A DNA stretch of 64,000 nt from an uncultured Verrucomicrobiae bacterium. Lineage in GTDB: Bacteria; Verrucomicrobiota; Verrucomicrobiia; Chthoniobacterales; JAFAMB01. Positions 47,952 to 58,442 of the stretch are shown in pieces (the first letter of the stretch is position 1; the number at the start of each line of letters is the position of its first letter). The stretch is from positions 32,001-96,000 of the forward strand of contig CAWAIK010000001.1 in the NCBI GenBank assembly GCA_963782115.1. Direction: 5' to 3'. The notes under the pieces were generated by a model that was not told where the DNA came from, did no database searches, and was given only the letters and a program-made list of their open reading frames with translations. The translations under genes were made by a program, and so were the position numbers.

Positions 47952-49751
47952 ATGCGATTAAGTTTCGAGTCGAAGTCTTCCGCCGGACCGGTGCGGAAAA
48001 AAAATGAAGACAGCCTTGGATTTTGGCAACCGGAGGAGGAAGCTGAAAAGCTCCAGCGCGGAGCAATTTCGGTGGTGGCCGATGGAGTTGGCGGTCACGA
48101 AAATGGGGATGTCGCGAGTAAAATGGCGGTTGATATCGCCATCGCGACTTTCCAAAGGATGAACCCCGTCAACGCGCCGAGGCAAATCCTCAAACAGATC
48201 TACGATTCGGCAAATCTGGCTATCTACGAGGCGGGGATGGCCGATCCTCGTGGAGGTCGAATGGCGACGACCCTCTCCGTTTGCATTTTTCGCGACAAGG
48301 AATTGTTCATCGGACACGTCGGAGACACCCGGGTCTATCTGGTGCGGCAGGAGAACATGCGCCGCTTGACTGATGACCATTCGTACACGGCGATGCAGGT
48401 GAAGTTGCGGCTAATCAGCGAGCATGAGGCAAAAGCGAGCAGGCTTCGTTCGATGCTGACACGAACTGTCGGGTCCGACCCGATTGTTCACTTCGATTAT
48501 AAACATCTCAAGCTGATGTCGCGCGATCGCGTCGTTCAGTGTACCGACGGGCTTTACTGTTACATGAATGACAGCGACCTCTGCGAAGGTGTCGATCGAC
48601 TCAATATGGATGAGATCTGTCCATACCTGATAGCGCTTGCTGAGCGGCAGAAGACCGATGATAACCTTTCGGTGCAAGTCGTTCAAGTTGACCGGCTGAT
48701 CGAACCGAAGTATGACCAGCCAATCTCCGTTCTGAAGAAAACAGGTGGGGGGCACACAATCAGTATGAGCAACGAAGTTAAACCCGGCGACGTCATCGAT
48801 GCCCGGTTTGAAATCGATAGCGTGATCAGCCGGAGTGGGATGGCCTCCATCTACAAGGCGAAAGACCTTCAGACCGGACAGATCGTGGCGATTAAGATTC
48901 CATACATGCAGTTAGAATCGGATCCGGCGGCTTTTTCCCGATTCCAACGCGAGGCGGAGATTGGGGAGCTGCTGAATCATCCCAATATCATCAAATTCAT
49001 CAAGGTCCCGAACAAAAGCCGGCAATATATCGTGACGGAATACCTTGAGGGCAAGACTCTGAGCACGGTGCTCAACGAGGTACGGCCACTGCCGATACCG
49101 GACGCCGTCCAGATTGCCAGCTACGTCTGCGGCGCCCTTGCTCACATGCACGAACACAAGGTCGTACACCGCGATCTCAAGCCGCAGAACATCATGATTT
49201 GCGACGATGGCACGCTGAGGATCATTGATTTCGGGATCGCGAAATCGACGGAGATGCGCAGGCTTACGTTTGCCGGGTTCACGCCGGCGATGGGCACGCC
49301 TGACTACATGGCGCCGGAACAGGTCAAGGGAAAACGGGGGGACGAACGAACCGATATTTACAGTTTGGGTGCAGTCCTTTACGAGATGACGACCGGTTCG
49401 GTGCCATTCGAGGGTCCGAATCCTTTTATCGTCATGAACTCGCGAATTACCGGCGATCCGGTCGCACCGCGCAAAGTTAATCCGGAGATCTCCGAAGAAC
49501 TGGAAGAGATCATCCTGCACGCGATGGAGCGCGAACCTGAACGCCGTTATCAATCAGCGGCGGCAATGAAAAAGGAGTTGGACGATCCGGAATCAGTGAA
49601 GAAAACGGAGCGCCATCATCATCTGCAGTCGCCAAAAGTTTGGAAAACTCGATGGCAGGGGTCACGGCTGATTGTTCTCTCTGCCGTCGTGCCGATAGTG
49701 GTATTCGCCGGCGCTTTATTTTTCACGCACTGCCACGGAGCGGCACACTAG
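47952..49751 (+). CDS. Bifunctional PP2C phosphatase - Hanks-type Ser/Thr kinase with C-terminal TM
   Basis: NEDS, VADGVGG, HVGDTR, CTDGL and DDN (PP2C); VAIK, HRDLKPQN, DFG and GTPDYMAPE (kinase). Confidence 0.92.
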   Translation: MRLSFESKSSAGPVRKKNEDSLGFWQPEEEAEKLQRGAISVVADGVGGHENGDVASKMAVDIAIATFQRMNPVNAPRQILKQIYDSANLAIYEAGMADPRGGRMATTLSVCIFRDKELFIGHVGDTRVYLVRQENMRRLTDDHSYTAMQVKLRLISEHEAKASRLRSMLTRTVGSDPIVHFDYKHLKLMSRDRVVQCTDGLYCYMNDSDLCEGVDRLNMDEICPYLIALAERQKTDDNLSVQVVQVDRLIEPKYDQPISVLKKTGGGHTISMSNEVKPGDVIDARFEIDSVISRSGMASIYKAKDLQTGQIVAIKIPYMQLESDPAAFSRFQREAEIGELLNHPNIIKFIKVPNKSRQYIVTEYLEGKTLSTVLNEVRPLPIPDAVQIASYVCGALAHMHEHKVVHRDLKPQNIMICDDGTLRIIDFGIAKSTEMRRLTFAGFTPAMGTPDYMAPEQVKGKRGDERTDIYSLGAVLYEMTTGSVPFEGPNPFIVMNSRITGDPVAPRKVNPEISEELEEIILHAMEREPERRYQSAAAMKKELDDPESVKKTERHHHLQSPKVWKTRWQGSRLIVLSAVVPIVVFAGALFFTHCHGAAH

Positions 49752-49802
49752 GGAAAATCTCACGAGTGCTTTGGCATGTGAGATTTCGCGCTAAATGTTT
49801 CC

Positions 49803-51455
49803 ATGTCGAAAGAAGCCCCTCCCAGGTTGTCGTGGAGCACCAGGCGGCAAAGAAAGGCGGAACGGCTCGCCGCCGCCAGTCGGTTGGCTGATGGTCGAAT
49901 TTTGGCGCAAGAGGCGATCATCCAGGCTCTTGAAACGCTTATCCGTCCAGGCGATCGCGTCGTGATTGAGGGAAATAACCAAAAGCAGGCAGATTTCCTC
50001 TCGCGGGCTCTGGCACAAGTCGATGCTGAAAAGGTCCATGGCCTGCATCTGCTCATCTCAAGCGTCAGTCGGCGCGAACACCTTGATCTGTTCGAGAACG
50101 GAATCGCGCGAAAAATCGATTTCGCCTACGCGGGGCCCCAAAGTCTTCGCGTCGCGCAATTGCTCGAAGATCGCCGCCTGGAGATCGGCGCGATCCATAC
50201 CTACGTGGAGCTTTACGCCCGCATGTTTATCGATTTGATCCCGAACGTGGCCTTGGTTTGCGCAGCGCAAGGGGATAGGGAAGGCAACCTTTTTACCGGG
50301 CCAAATACCGAGGACACGCCGACCATCGTCGAAGCGACCGGATTCAGCAGCGGCCTGGTCATTGCACAGGTGAACGAGATCGTGGATGAGCTGCCGCGAG
50401 TGGATATCCCCGGTTCGTGGGTCGATTACGTTGTCGAAGCCGACCGTCCATTCGCGATCGAGCCGTTGTTCACGCGCGATCCGCGCCAGATCAATGAGGT
50501 GAACATTCTGATGGCGATGATGGTGATCCGCGGGGTTTATGAACGGCACGAGGTGACATCACTGAACCATGGAGTCGGGTTCGATACGGCGGCGATTGAG
50601 CTGCTGTTGCCGACCTACGCCGAATCCCTCGGACTTAAAGGGAAAATCTGCCGGCACTGGGCCCTGAACCCTCATCCGACGCTGATCCCGGCGATCGAGA
50701 GCGGCTGGGTTGAGAGCATTCATTGTTTCGGCGGGGAGCTTGGGATGGAAGAGTACGTGGCAGCGCGTTCAGATCTGTTTTTTACCGGTCGAGACGGCAG
50801 TCTGCGTTCAAACCGTGTCCTTGCCCAACTTGCGGGACAATATGGGATCGATCTGTTCGTCGGTTCCACGCTGCAGATGGACGGGGACGCAAACTCCTCG
50901 ACGGTCACGTTGGGACGCCTGGCTGGTTTCGGCGGAGCACCAAATTTGGGACACGATCCACACGGTCGCCGCCACGCTTCACCGGCTTGGTTAAGCCTGA
51001 TCCAAGGCGACGCAGAGGTGGGCCGGGGCAGGAAACTTGTCGTGCAGATGGTCGAGACCTACCAGAAAGGAGGCGTGCCGGCGTTCGTGGAATCTCTCGA
51101 TGCTGTAAAGGTCGGGCGCGATGCTGGAATGCCAATCGCGCCGGTCATGATCTATGGCGATGACGTGTCTCACGTCGTGACTGAAGAAGGGGTGGCTTAT
51201 CTCTACAAAGCCCGTGATCTCGGGGAGCGACGCTCGGCTCTGGCCGCCATCGCGGGAGTGACTTCGATTGGTCTGCGTCACGATCCGCGGCGCACCGAAC
51301 AACTGCGCCGGGATGGCCTGGTTGCTTTTCCGGAGGATCTCGGCGTCCGTCCTATGGACGCAAAACGTTCGCTGCTTGCCGCAAAAAGCATCGAAGACCT
51401 TGTTGCGTGGTCAGGAGGTTTGTACAAGCCGCCTGCGCAGTTCAGGAGTTGGTAA
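49803..51455 (+). CDS. mdcA: Malonate decarboxylase alpha subunit
   Basis: EGNNQKQADFL, TGPNTEDTP, LNHGVGF and the C-terminal PAQFRSW. Confidence 0.96.
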   Translation: MSKEAPPRLSWSTRRQRKAERLAAASRLADGRILAQEAIIQALETLIRPGDRVVIEGNNQKQADFLSRALAQVDAEKVHGLHLLISSVSRREHLDLFENGIARKIDFAYAGPQSLRVAQLLEDRRLEIGAIHTYVELYARMFIDLIPNVALVCAAQGDREGNLFTGPNTEDTPTIVEATGFSSGLVIAQVNEIVDELPRVDIPGSWVDYVVEADRPFAIEPLFTRDPRQINEVNILMAMMVIRGVYERHEVTSLNHGVGFDTAAIELLLPTYAESLGLKGKICRHWALNPHPTLIPAIESGWVESIHCFGGELGMEEYVAARSDLFFTGRDGSLRSNRVLAQLAGQYGIDLFVGSTLQMDGDANSSTVTLGRLAGFGGAPNLGHDPHGRRHASPAWLSLIQGDAEVGRGRKLVVQMVETYQKGGVPAFVESLDAVKVGRDAGMPIAPVMIYGDDVSHVVTEEGVAYLYKARDLGERRSALAAIAGVTSIGLRHDPRRTEQLRRDGLVAFPEDLGVRPMDAKRSLLAAKSIEDLVAWSGGLYKPPAQFRSW

Positions 51456-51494
51456 CATTCACGGATTTGAGGACGTGAACTCTCTTTCGACCGG

Positions 51495-52142
51495 GTGCAA
51501 CCGACTGTTCATGATTTGTTGCGTGTTCGAGGCCCCGCTGATCTGGATCTGGTGAATCGAGATTCCGCACCAGACTGGGTCAGCGAGGAGCTGTGCCGGG
51601 TACCTTGGGTTGTGGTGCGGCGTGCCCCGCTCGAGGGCGAATTCGTTCCGGTCGGTGTCCGAGGTCAAAGTCGAGGCGCACGTTTCGCCGCTTTCGTTCA
51701 CTCGTCGTCGATCGTTGAATTCGTGACTCCGGAGAGTCTTTCTTCATCTCAAGCCTGGAAAAAAGCCCCTCGCTACGAGGAACTGCCTGCGATGCGCGCG
51801 CTCTCCCATGTTCACGCGACTCTTGGGAGATCCGGTCTCAGTTGGGGTCCGGCCGGCAGCGTTGGGTTCGAGCTGGCGAGCGGTGCTCCTGTCGCCAGTC
51901 TGAAGAGCGATCTCGATCTGATCGTTCGTGTGAGTGACTTCCTGATCCCACCGGCGACCACCAAAACATTGCTCTCGATAGTACAGGGAAATGTAGTTCG
52001 CGTTGACTTGTTGTTGGAGACAATGGAGGGCGCGATATCTTTTCTCGAATATGCCGGCAGAGGACCGAACCTGCTTCTGCGGACCGTCAATGGCCCGAGC
52101 CTGATTCGGCACGTCAGGGATACGACAGGTGAACGAAGGTAG
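51495..52142 (+). CDS. mdcG: Malonate decarboxylase holo-ACP synthase
   Basis: HDLL, PWVVVRRA, VGVRG, GSVGFELASG and SDLDL motifs. Confidence 0.9.
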   Translation: MQPTVHDLLRVRGPADLDLVNRDSAPDWVSEELCRVPWVVVRRAPLEGEFVPVGVRGQSRGARFAAFVHSSSIVEFVTPESLSSSQAWKKAPRYEELPAMRALSHVHATLGRSGLSWGPAGSVGFELASGAPVASLKSDLDLIVRVSDFLIPPATTKTLLSIVQGNVVRVDLLLETMEGAISFLEYAGRGPNLLLRTVNGPSLIRHVRDTTGERR

Positions 52143-52214
52143 CGACGTGGAGCGAGTGTTCGCTCCCAAAGACATCGATAACGATCACGAGCACGATTGA
52201 AGCGAAGTGTTTCC

Positions 52215-53144
52215 ATGAGCGTGGCTCTTCTTTTTCCGGGTCAAGGTTCGCAGCAGGCGGGTATGCTGCACGATCTTCCCGAGCGTGCGGCGACTGCGGC
52301 CACTTTGAAAGAGGCAAGCGTGGCTCTGGCACGAGATGTTCTTGAATTGGATTCCGAGGTGGCGCTTCGTTCGACGGCTGCGGCTCAGCTTGCTTTGCTG
52401 ATAGCCGGCGTTGCGTTTGCTCGAGTTTTGCTGGCAGAGGGCGCGATGCCAAACATCGTCGGCGGGCTGTCGGTTGGGTCTTTTGCGGCTGCGGTGATCG
52501 CCGATTCGCTCGATTTCGGTCTCGCGTTGCCGCTGGTCCGGCTTCGCGGCGAACTCATGGAAAAGATGTATCCGCGCGGGTATGGGATGGCGGCGATCAT
52601 GGGGCTCGACGAAAAACAGTTGAGCGACCTCGTCGCAGAAGTTGCCTCGCCGGACTCGCCCGTTTTTCTAGCGAATTTGAATGCGCCTCGACAGATTGTT
52701 GTGTCTGGAGCCGAGCCTGGACTGGAAAAATTAATGGAGAAGGCGCGGTTAGCCGGTGCCGGGAAGACCCAGCGGCTGAATGTTTCTGTTCCCTCTCATT
52801 GTCGGCTTCTGGAGCAGGTTGCGGAGGAACTGGATTGCGCCATGGCCGAGGTCCCACTCCGTCCCCCGAAATGCGTTTATGTCGGGAACCGTGGCGGAAG
52901 ACCTCTCCGCGATTCGGCTTCGGTTCGCCGGGAGCTGGTTAGCAATGTGGCGCACCCGGTTCGATGGCACGACGCGACGGCGCTCATGTTCGAACTTGGT
53001 GCGCGGCTGTTTGTGGAGTTGCCTCCCGGCCAGGTGCTGGCTAACCTTGCCGCCGCTTCGTTTCCCGGAGCACGAGCCGTCGCGTGCGCAGGGAGCCGGA
53101 TAGATTCCATCACCCAATTGGTGCGGCGTTATCATGAAGATTGA
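52215..53144 (+). CDS. mdcH: Malonate decarboxylase malonyl-CoA:ACP transacylase (epsilon subunit)
   Basis: LFPGQGSQ, GLSVG, VSVPSH and PVRW motifs. Confidence 0.9.
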   Translation: MSVALLFPGQGSQQAGMLHDLPERAATAATLKEASVALARDVLELDSEVALRSTAAAQLALLIAGVAFARVLLAEGAMPNIVGGLSVGSFAAAVIADSLDFGLALPLVRLRGELMEKMYPRGYGMAAIMGLDEKQLSDLVAEVASPDSPVFLANLNAPRQIVVSGAEPGLEKLMEKARLAGAGKTQRLNVSVPSHCRLLEQVAEELDCAMAEVPLRPPKCVYVGNRGGRPLRDSASVRRELVSNVAHPVRWHDATALMFELGARLFVELPPGQVLANLAAASFPGARAVACAGSRIDSITQLVRRYHED

Positions 53145-53370
53145 GAAACTTACACGCGAGGCGTTTGCCCGATTCGGAGAGTTGATCACGCTCGACGGAG
53201 CCCAGCATTATCCGATAAACGAAGGCACCACCGAACGGTTCCATGATCCGGCCTTAATTGATGTCTCGGACCAAAACGGCAAACCCCTAATCAGTTTGAA
53301 GGCGACGCAAACCCGATGGCGGCTGCGAACGCTCCGCGGATTCCTGCGCGCAGATAACCAAGTGCGATAG
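53134..53370 (+). pseudogene. Ureidoglycolate lyase (AllA-like) N-terminal fragment
   Basis: LTREAFARFGELI...INEGTTERFHD; similarity is lost after KPLISL. Confidence 0.7.
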
Positions 53371-53618
53371 CGACCTGGCTGCTGGCTGTGACCCGGAAGG
53401 AATTGGCACAAAGCGACCAGATCGCCATAGGCGCTCTCTAAAATCCACTCCCGGCGATGAACGATTTCGCGCTGGAAAAATCCTAGATGCGCTATTGGAC
53501 CGCCGAAAGCGGTCAATCCCAGTTTCAAGAAAACCAGAAAAACCTCGATTGGGTTTCCTCGTGCGGAAGCAGCCGGCCGAATTTCCACCGGACCGTTCTC
53601 ACCTGTTGCCGCAGCCAT
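53300..53618 (-). pseudogene. Chromate transporter (ChrA-like) N-terminal fragment
   Basis: FLKLGLTAFGGPIAHLG...LVALCQFLPG, then a frameshift. Confidence 0.78.
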
Positions 53619-53750
53619 AATTGACCTAATTGGCGTCTGAAAGAGGAGATCGATGTGGAAAGTCGTTCTATTTCCATTTTGTAATGTTCTAGCAAGGCAT
53701 CCGTCAGTTCGGTTGGCTCATAGTGCGAAATAAACCAACTCAATGAATTT

Positions 53751-55256
53751 ATGACGAGAAAATCACTAAAACCGCTTGTATGCAGCACACTCTTGCTTGG
53801 AGGTTCAGCACTTTTCCTGGCAACGGGTTTCGCCTTGAACAGCGGAGCAAATGACAACGGGACACAGAATGCGCCTTTGCATGTCCAGTTGGACAACACA
53901 CCGTTAACGCGAGACGTAAAGGAAGGCAACAGCTTCGCGCCTATCGTAAAGAAAGTCGCACCGAGCGTGGTCAAAATCTTTGTCACGATGAAAGGGACGA
54001 ATAATCCCCTCGCAAATTCCGACATGGATTTTTTCCGCCGCTTCTTTGGAGAAGATGGTTCCAATTTGGGGAATCGCGGCCGGCTTCATGTGCCGACGGA
54101 ACATGGGCTCGGATCGGGTGTCATCGTTTCACCCGACGGCTATATTCTTACCAATAATCACGTGGTAACCAACGCCAGCGAGATTCAGGTCGCTCTAAGC
54201 GATGGCCGCCAGTTCACCGCTAAAGTGATCGGCTCGGATCCGAAAACAGACGTTGCTCTGATCCGGATCAAGGCAGATAATTTGCCCGCTTTGACTCTGG
54301 CGGACAGTGACAAGATCGAGGTCGGAGATGTTGTTCTGGCCGTCGGCAACCCGTTCGGGATTGGCCAGACGGTGACCAAAGGTATTGTCAGCGCGAAAGA
54401 TCGTACGACTTCGGGAGACATGGATGAAGACTTCATCCAGACCGATGCCGCGATTAATCCTGGCAACTCAGGTGGCGCGCTGGTCGACACCGAAGGACGT
54501 CTTGTTGGTATCAACTCTGCGATTCTAACGCACAGCGGGGGAAATCAGGGCATCGGCTTTGCGGTTCCTTCCAACCTCTGCCGATGGGTCATGGACAGCC
54601 TGGTGAAAAATGGACACGTTGAGCGTGGATTCCTGGGTGTGATGATCCAGAACCTTACCCCGGATTTGGCAACGGCATTCAAGCTGGACCGCACGACAGG
54701 TGCGCTGGTAGGAGACGTGAGCCCGGGCAGCCCCGCGGATATAGCTGGGTTGAAGAGCGGCGACGTGATTTCCCAGTTGAATGGCCAGCCGATTGAGGAT
54801 GCCAGCCAGCTGAAACTTCGGGTGGCCGAGTCAACGCCTGGTTCAAAGGTACAGTTAACCGTCAATCGAAATGGCGAATCCAAGAGCTTTGATGTCACTC
54901 TGGGCAACCTGCCTGAAAATAAGGTGGCGAAAGCCGACGAGCGAAGCGGGAATGCTAAAGCGGAAGCTCTTGCGGGTGTCGGTGTTGCGGATCTCGATCA
55001 GAATACCCGCACCGAATTGAATATCCCGGCGCAAGTGCAGGGTGCGGTTATTACCCAGGTTGCACCTGACTCCGCCGCTTACCAAGCCGGTCTGCGACCC
55101 GGGGATGTGATCACCGAACTTAACCGCAAATCGGTGAAGAACGCGCAGGACGCGATCGCTGATACCGAAAATCCGGCCGGTAATCAAACCTTGGTAAAAG
55201 TCTGGACCAAGGATGGCAGTCACTACTTGACCGTTGATGAGTCAACTCAGGGTTAG
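53751..55256 (+). CDS. HtrA (DegP/DegQ) serine protease with two PDZ domains
   Basis: GSGVIV, LTNNHVV and IQTDAAINPGNSGGAL motifs plus two PDZ domains. Confidence 0.96.
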   Translation: MTRKSLKPLVCSTLLLGGSALFLATGFALNSGANDNGTQNAPLHVQLDNTPLTRDVKEGNSFAPIVKKVAPSVVKIFVTMKGTNNPLANSDMDFFRRFFGEDGSNLGNRGRLHVPTEHGLGSGVIVSPDGYILTNNHVVTNASEIQVALSDGRQFTAKVIGSDPKTDVALIRIKADNLPALTLADSDKIEVGDVVLAVGNPFGIGQTVTKGIVSAKDRTTSGDMDEDFIQTDAAINPGNSGGALVDTEGRLVGINSAILTHSGGNQGIGFAVPSNLCRWVMDSLVKNGHVERGFLGVMIQNLTPDLATAFKLDRTTGALVGDVSPGSPADIAGLKSGDVISQLNGQPIEDASQLKLRVAESTPGSKVQLTVNRNGESKSFDVTLGNLPENKVAKADERSGNAKAEALAGVGVADLDQNTRTELNIPAQVQGAVITQVAPDSAAYQAGLRPGDVITELNRKSVKNAQDAIADTENPAGNQTLVKVWTKDGSHYLTVDESTQG

Positions 55257-55268
55257 GTGACGGAACTC

Positions 55269-55306
55269 GATGCTCTCCTGAGAAGTCAGGAGAGCATCTT
55301 TGCTTT
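55269..55306 (+). terminator. Hairpin / probable terminator after htrA
   Basis: GATGCTCTCCTGA-GAAG-TCAGGAGAGCATC followed by TTTGCTTT. Confidence 0.65.
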
Positions 55307-55441
55307 CGCCTGGAAACGATCTCCTCCAACCTGCGGAATCTGCGATTTAAAATCCGGAACTTAACCTACTCCACGCAGAGAATGACATTCGCAAACAGCA
55401 GTACGGGAGATGGAGAAATCTGTTATATTCCTGCCTCTCCT

Positions 55442-56116
55442 ATGCGCATACTGGTTGTCGAAGATGACGACAAAATCGCATCTTTCGTGGTAAACGGTCT
55501 CAAACAGAGCGGCTTCGCAGTTGACCGCGCAAACGATGGCGAGCAGGCGCTCGACTTTGGATTGTCGATCTCCTACGACGCGGCGGTGCTCGATTTGATG
55601 TTGCCCGGCCTGGATGGCCTTGCGGTCTTGCGCCAACTCCGTCAGAAAAAAGTTTCTTTGCCAGTGCTGATCCTTAGCGCGCGCGCGGGTGTGGATGATC
55701 GGGTGCTCGGGCTGCAGTCCGGAGGCGACGATTACTTGACAAAACCGTTCGCTTTCTCGGAGTTGCTTGCCCGTGTCCAAGCTTTGATCCGTCGTGCGAC
55801 TCACTCGGCCGAGCCGAGCCACTTGTCGATGGCCGATCTTAGAATGGACCTGTTCACGCGGGAAATCGTTCGCGCAGGGCAAAAAATCGAGCTCCAATCC
55901 CGCGAGTTTGCTTTGCTCGAACTGCTGCTGCGTCATGCCGGGCGGCCTGTCACTAAGACAATGATTCTAGAGCACGTCTGGGACTTCAGTTTCGATCCTC
56001 AAACCAACGTAGTGGATGTGCTGGTGCACCGGCTTCGCTCCAAAGTTGACAGGGGATTTACGCAGAAGTTGATCCACACGATTCGCGGTGTGGGGTATGT
56101 TATCAGGCCGAACTAG
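55442..56116 (+). CDS. OmpR-family response regulator
   Basis: MRILVVEDD, LDLMLPG, DDYLTKPF and IHTIRGVGY motifs. Confidence 0.95.
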   Translation: MRILVVEDDDKIASFVVNGLKQSGFAVDRANDGEQALDFGLSISYDAAVLDLMLPGLDGLAVLRQLRQKKVSLPVLILSARAGVDDRVLGLQSGGDDYLTKPFAFSELLARVQALIRRATHSAEPSHLSMADLRMDLFTREIVRAGQKIELQSREFALLELLLRHAGRPVTKTMILEHVWDFSFDPQTNVVDVLVHRLRSKVDRGFTQKLIHTIRGVGYVIRPN

Positions 56117-56162
56117 TACCAGTGTCCTCTCCCTGACAGCCAACTGACCTCCGACAAAATAT

Positions 56163-57581
56163 ATGTTATTTCGGGGACAGGCCACTACCAGTATCTGGCA
56201 AAGTTTTGCCGTTCGACTCGGCCTCTGGTTCGCCGCCACTTTCACCGTCAGCGCAGTCATTTTATTCGCGCTTCTTTATATCCTTTTGACTTCTTTCTTT
56301 GAGCAGAGCGAACGCGAAATCATCCAGGCCCGTCTGAAGGAGTGCGCCGCGGTTTATGAGGCCCAGGGCCTTCCCGCGCTGAATGATTTGGTTCATCGGA
56401 CGGAATTCGATCAAAATGAGGGCCCATTTTTCGTTCGGGTGACGGGCCGGCAAGGAAGTGTCCTCTTGCTGGAGGCGCCTCAGGATTGGATCAGGACAGC
56501 GAAAACGGCGGTGGACGAAAATGGCGCAAGCCAGCACGCCTGGCTGCAGATTCCCAAGGATGATCGCACGGAGTTCATCATCGCCAGGACTTTGCTGAGT
56601 GATGGATCAATCCTGCAGGTCGGGAGAAGCATCAACCGCAGCCAGACATTGCTGGGCCCCTTTCTGAGTTCCTTCCTTCTCGTGATGGCGCCAACCTTCC
56701 TGCTTGGCCTGGTCGGCGGAGCGATTTTCGCTCACAGGGCCACCGCGCCTGTCCGAGAGATCATGCGGACGGCTCGGACGATCATCAACACCGGCAATTT
56801 GGCGGAACGCGTACCGGAGAGTCAGGCGCAAAGCGAATTGGCGGAACTCGCGCGTCAGTTCAACCGCGTTTTGGAGAAGAATCAGGCCTTGATACGCGGT
56901 ATGCGTGAAGCGCTCGACAATGTCGCACACGATCTGCGTACACCATTGACGCGAATGCGTGGGTCCGCAGAATTGGCGTTGCAGAGCGACTCAGAGGTTC
57001 CGAAGCATGAGGCGTTGGCGGATTGTATTGAAGAATCCGATCGAGTACTGACCATGCTCAACACTTTGATGGATATCACGGAAGCCGAGCATGGGATGAT
57101 GCGGCTGCACCGGGAACTGAAATCCGTCTCACAACTGCTGGAGAATGTGCTCGAGGTTTATCGACTGGTTGCCGACGAAAAGAAGATCGAAATCACCGCG
57201 AATTGCGACGGTCCCTGCTATGCTGACGTCGATCCCAACCGCATGCAACAAGCTCTTGCGAACCTTCTCGACAACGCCGTCAAATACACGCCCGAGCATG
57301 GTCGGATTTCCATCGAATGCTCGTCGTCGGATGACACGGTTCAAGTCCGGATCAAGGACGATGGAATCGGGATCCCCGTCGCGGAGCAGCCGAGAATTTG
57401 GGACCGATTGTACCGGGGTGACAAGAGCAGGGGACAACGCGGCCTCGGTCTGGGATTAAGTCTCGTCAAAGCCGTAGTGAAAGCTCACGGAGGACGTGTC
57501 ACGGTGGAAAGCGCTGAAGGGGCCGGATCAGAGTTCAGTGTCTCGCTGCCTGTTGGCGCGAAGGTCCAGGCAGTGACTTGA
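56163..57581 (+). CDS. HAMP-domain sensor histidine kinase
   Basis: Two TM helices, [19 protein letters not shown] and GLGLGLS. Confidence 0.95.
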   Translation: MLFRGQATTSIWQSFAVRLGLWFAATFTVSAVILFALLYILLTSFFEQSEREIIQARLKECAAVYEAQGLPALNDLVHRTEFDQNEGPFFVRVTGRQGSVLLLEAPQDWIRTAKTAVDENGASQHAWLQIPKDDRTEFIIARTLLSDGSILQVGRSINRSQTLLGPFLSSFLLVMAPTFLLGLVGGAIFAHRATAPVREIMRTARTIINTGNLAERVPESQAQSELAELARQFNRVLEKNQALIRGMREALDNVAHDLRTPLTRMRGSAELALQSDSEVPKHEALADCIEESDRVLTMLNTLMDITEAEHGMMRLHRELKSVSQLLENVLEVYRLVADEKKIEITANCDGPCYADVDPNRMQQALANLLDNAVKYTPEHGRISIECSSSDDTVQVRIKDDGIGIPVAEQPRIWDRLYRGDKSRGQRGLGLGLSLVKAVVKAHGGRVTVESAEGAGSEFSVSLPVGAKVQAVT

Positions 57582-57785
57582 TTGGTAGAAATCTGCGCCA
57601 TGAATTTTGCAAGATGGGGAATCAGTCTTGCCGAGATGTGGAGCGAATGTTGGCCAAGAACTGAACCAGATTCCGTTGTCCCGGGGTAGGCGAACCGTTC
57701 ACTCCACGGTTTGCTCGAATTTGAAGCACCAATGAGGGACGCTTCGCCTCCGGCTCCGACCGCCGATTCGCCGGCACGCTCCGCC

Positions 57786-58271
57786 CTACGCCGCCGATTT
57801 TGTCGCTTCTTCTGTGACGAAAAGCCGGATCAGGATCGCAGTCGTATTGTCACCGAGTCGTATCTTTAAGAAGCGAACATAATATTGCCTCTGATCCGGG
57901 GTGTAAAAGTAGCGTCTCAGATTTGGAGATTCTGAGGCATAACGGGAAAGTGTTGCGATATGCGCCAGTAAAATCGCGATGAAGCCAAATTGAATCTGGG
58001 TGAGCGGTTTTTGCCCAATAAACTCGCTTCCTATTTTGAAATGAACGCTGACCTCTCCGAATTTCTCCAGGGGCGTTAGTTGGATTTCCGATGCGCCGAC
58101 CTCCAGCGCCGCTTCCAGGACCGCAAAGGTGAAATCCCCGGCATTCACATCTTCCGGCATCCCCCAATCGATGACCCGCGGATAAGGGTCATGCACGATA
58201 CGCGGTTCGCACTTGCTTCCCTCGGAGGGTCTGAGCAGCCGATTGTCCTGTCCGTTTTTTTGTTCGCTCAT
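57786..58271 (-). CDS. Hypothetical protein resembling an isolated PilB/GspE N2 domain
   Basis: VLEAALEVGASEIQLTP...VHFKIG resembles the ASDIHIEP...VRFRIDG motif; no Walker motifs. Confidence 0.5.
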   Translation of the reverse strand: MSEQKNGQDNRLLRPSEGSKCEPRIVHDPYPRVIDWGMPEDVNAGDFTFAVLEAALEVGASEIQLTPLEKFGEVSVHFKIGSEFIGQKPLTQIQFGFIAILLAHIATLSRYASESPNLRRYFYTPDQRQYYVRFLKIRLGDNTTAILIRLFVTEEATKSAA

Positions 58272-58442
58272 AACAATGCTAACAGAGAAAAACCTTCGTC
58301 AGAATGCGCTCATGCGAAATTCCGTTGGTGATCCGCAATTAGAGTAAAGGCAGACAAACCACCTCGCAAACCCCAAACGCTCACCGTTTCGACCGCGGTA
58401 TTCCCCGACCCTCTCTTCAGCACTGACAACTGATGCAACTTC

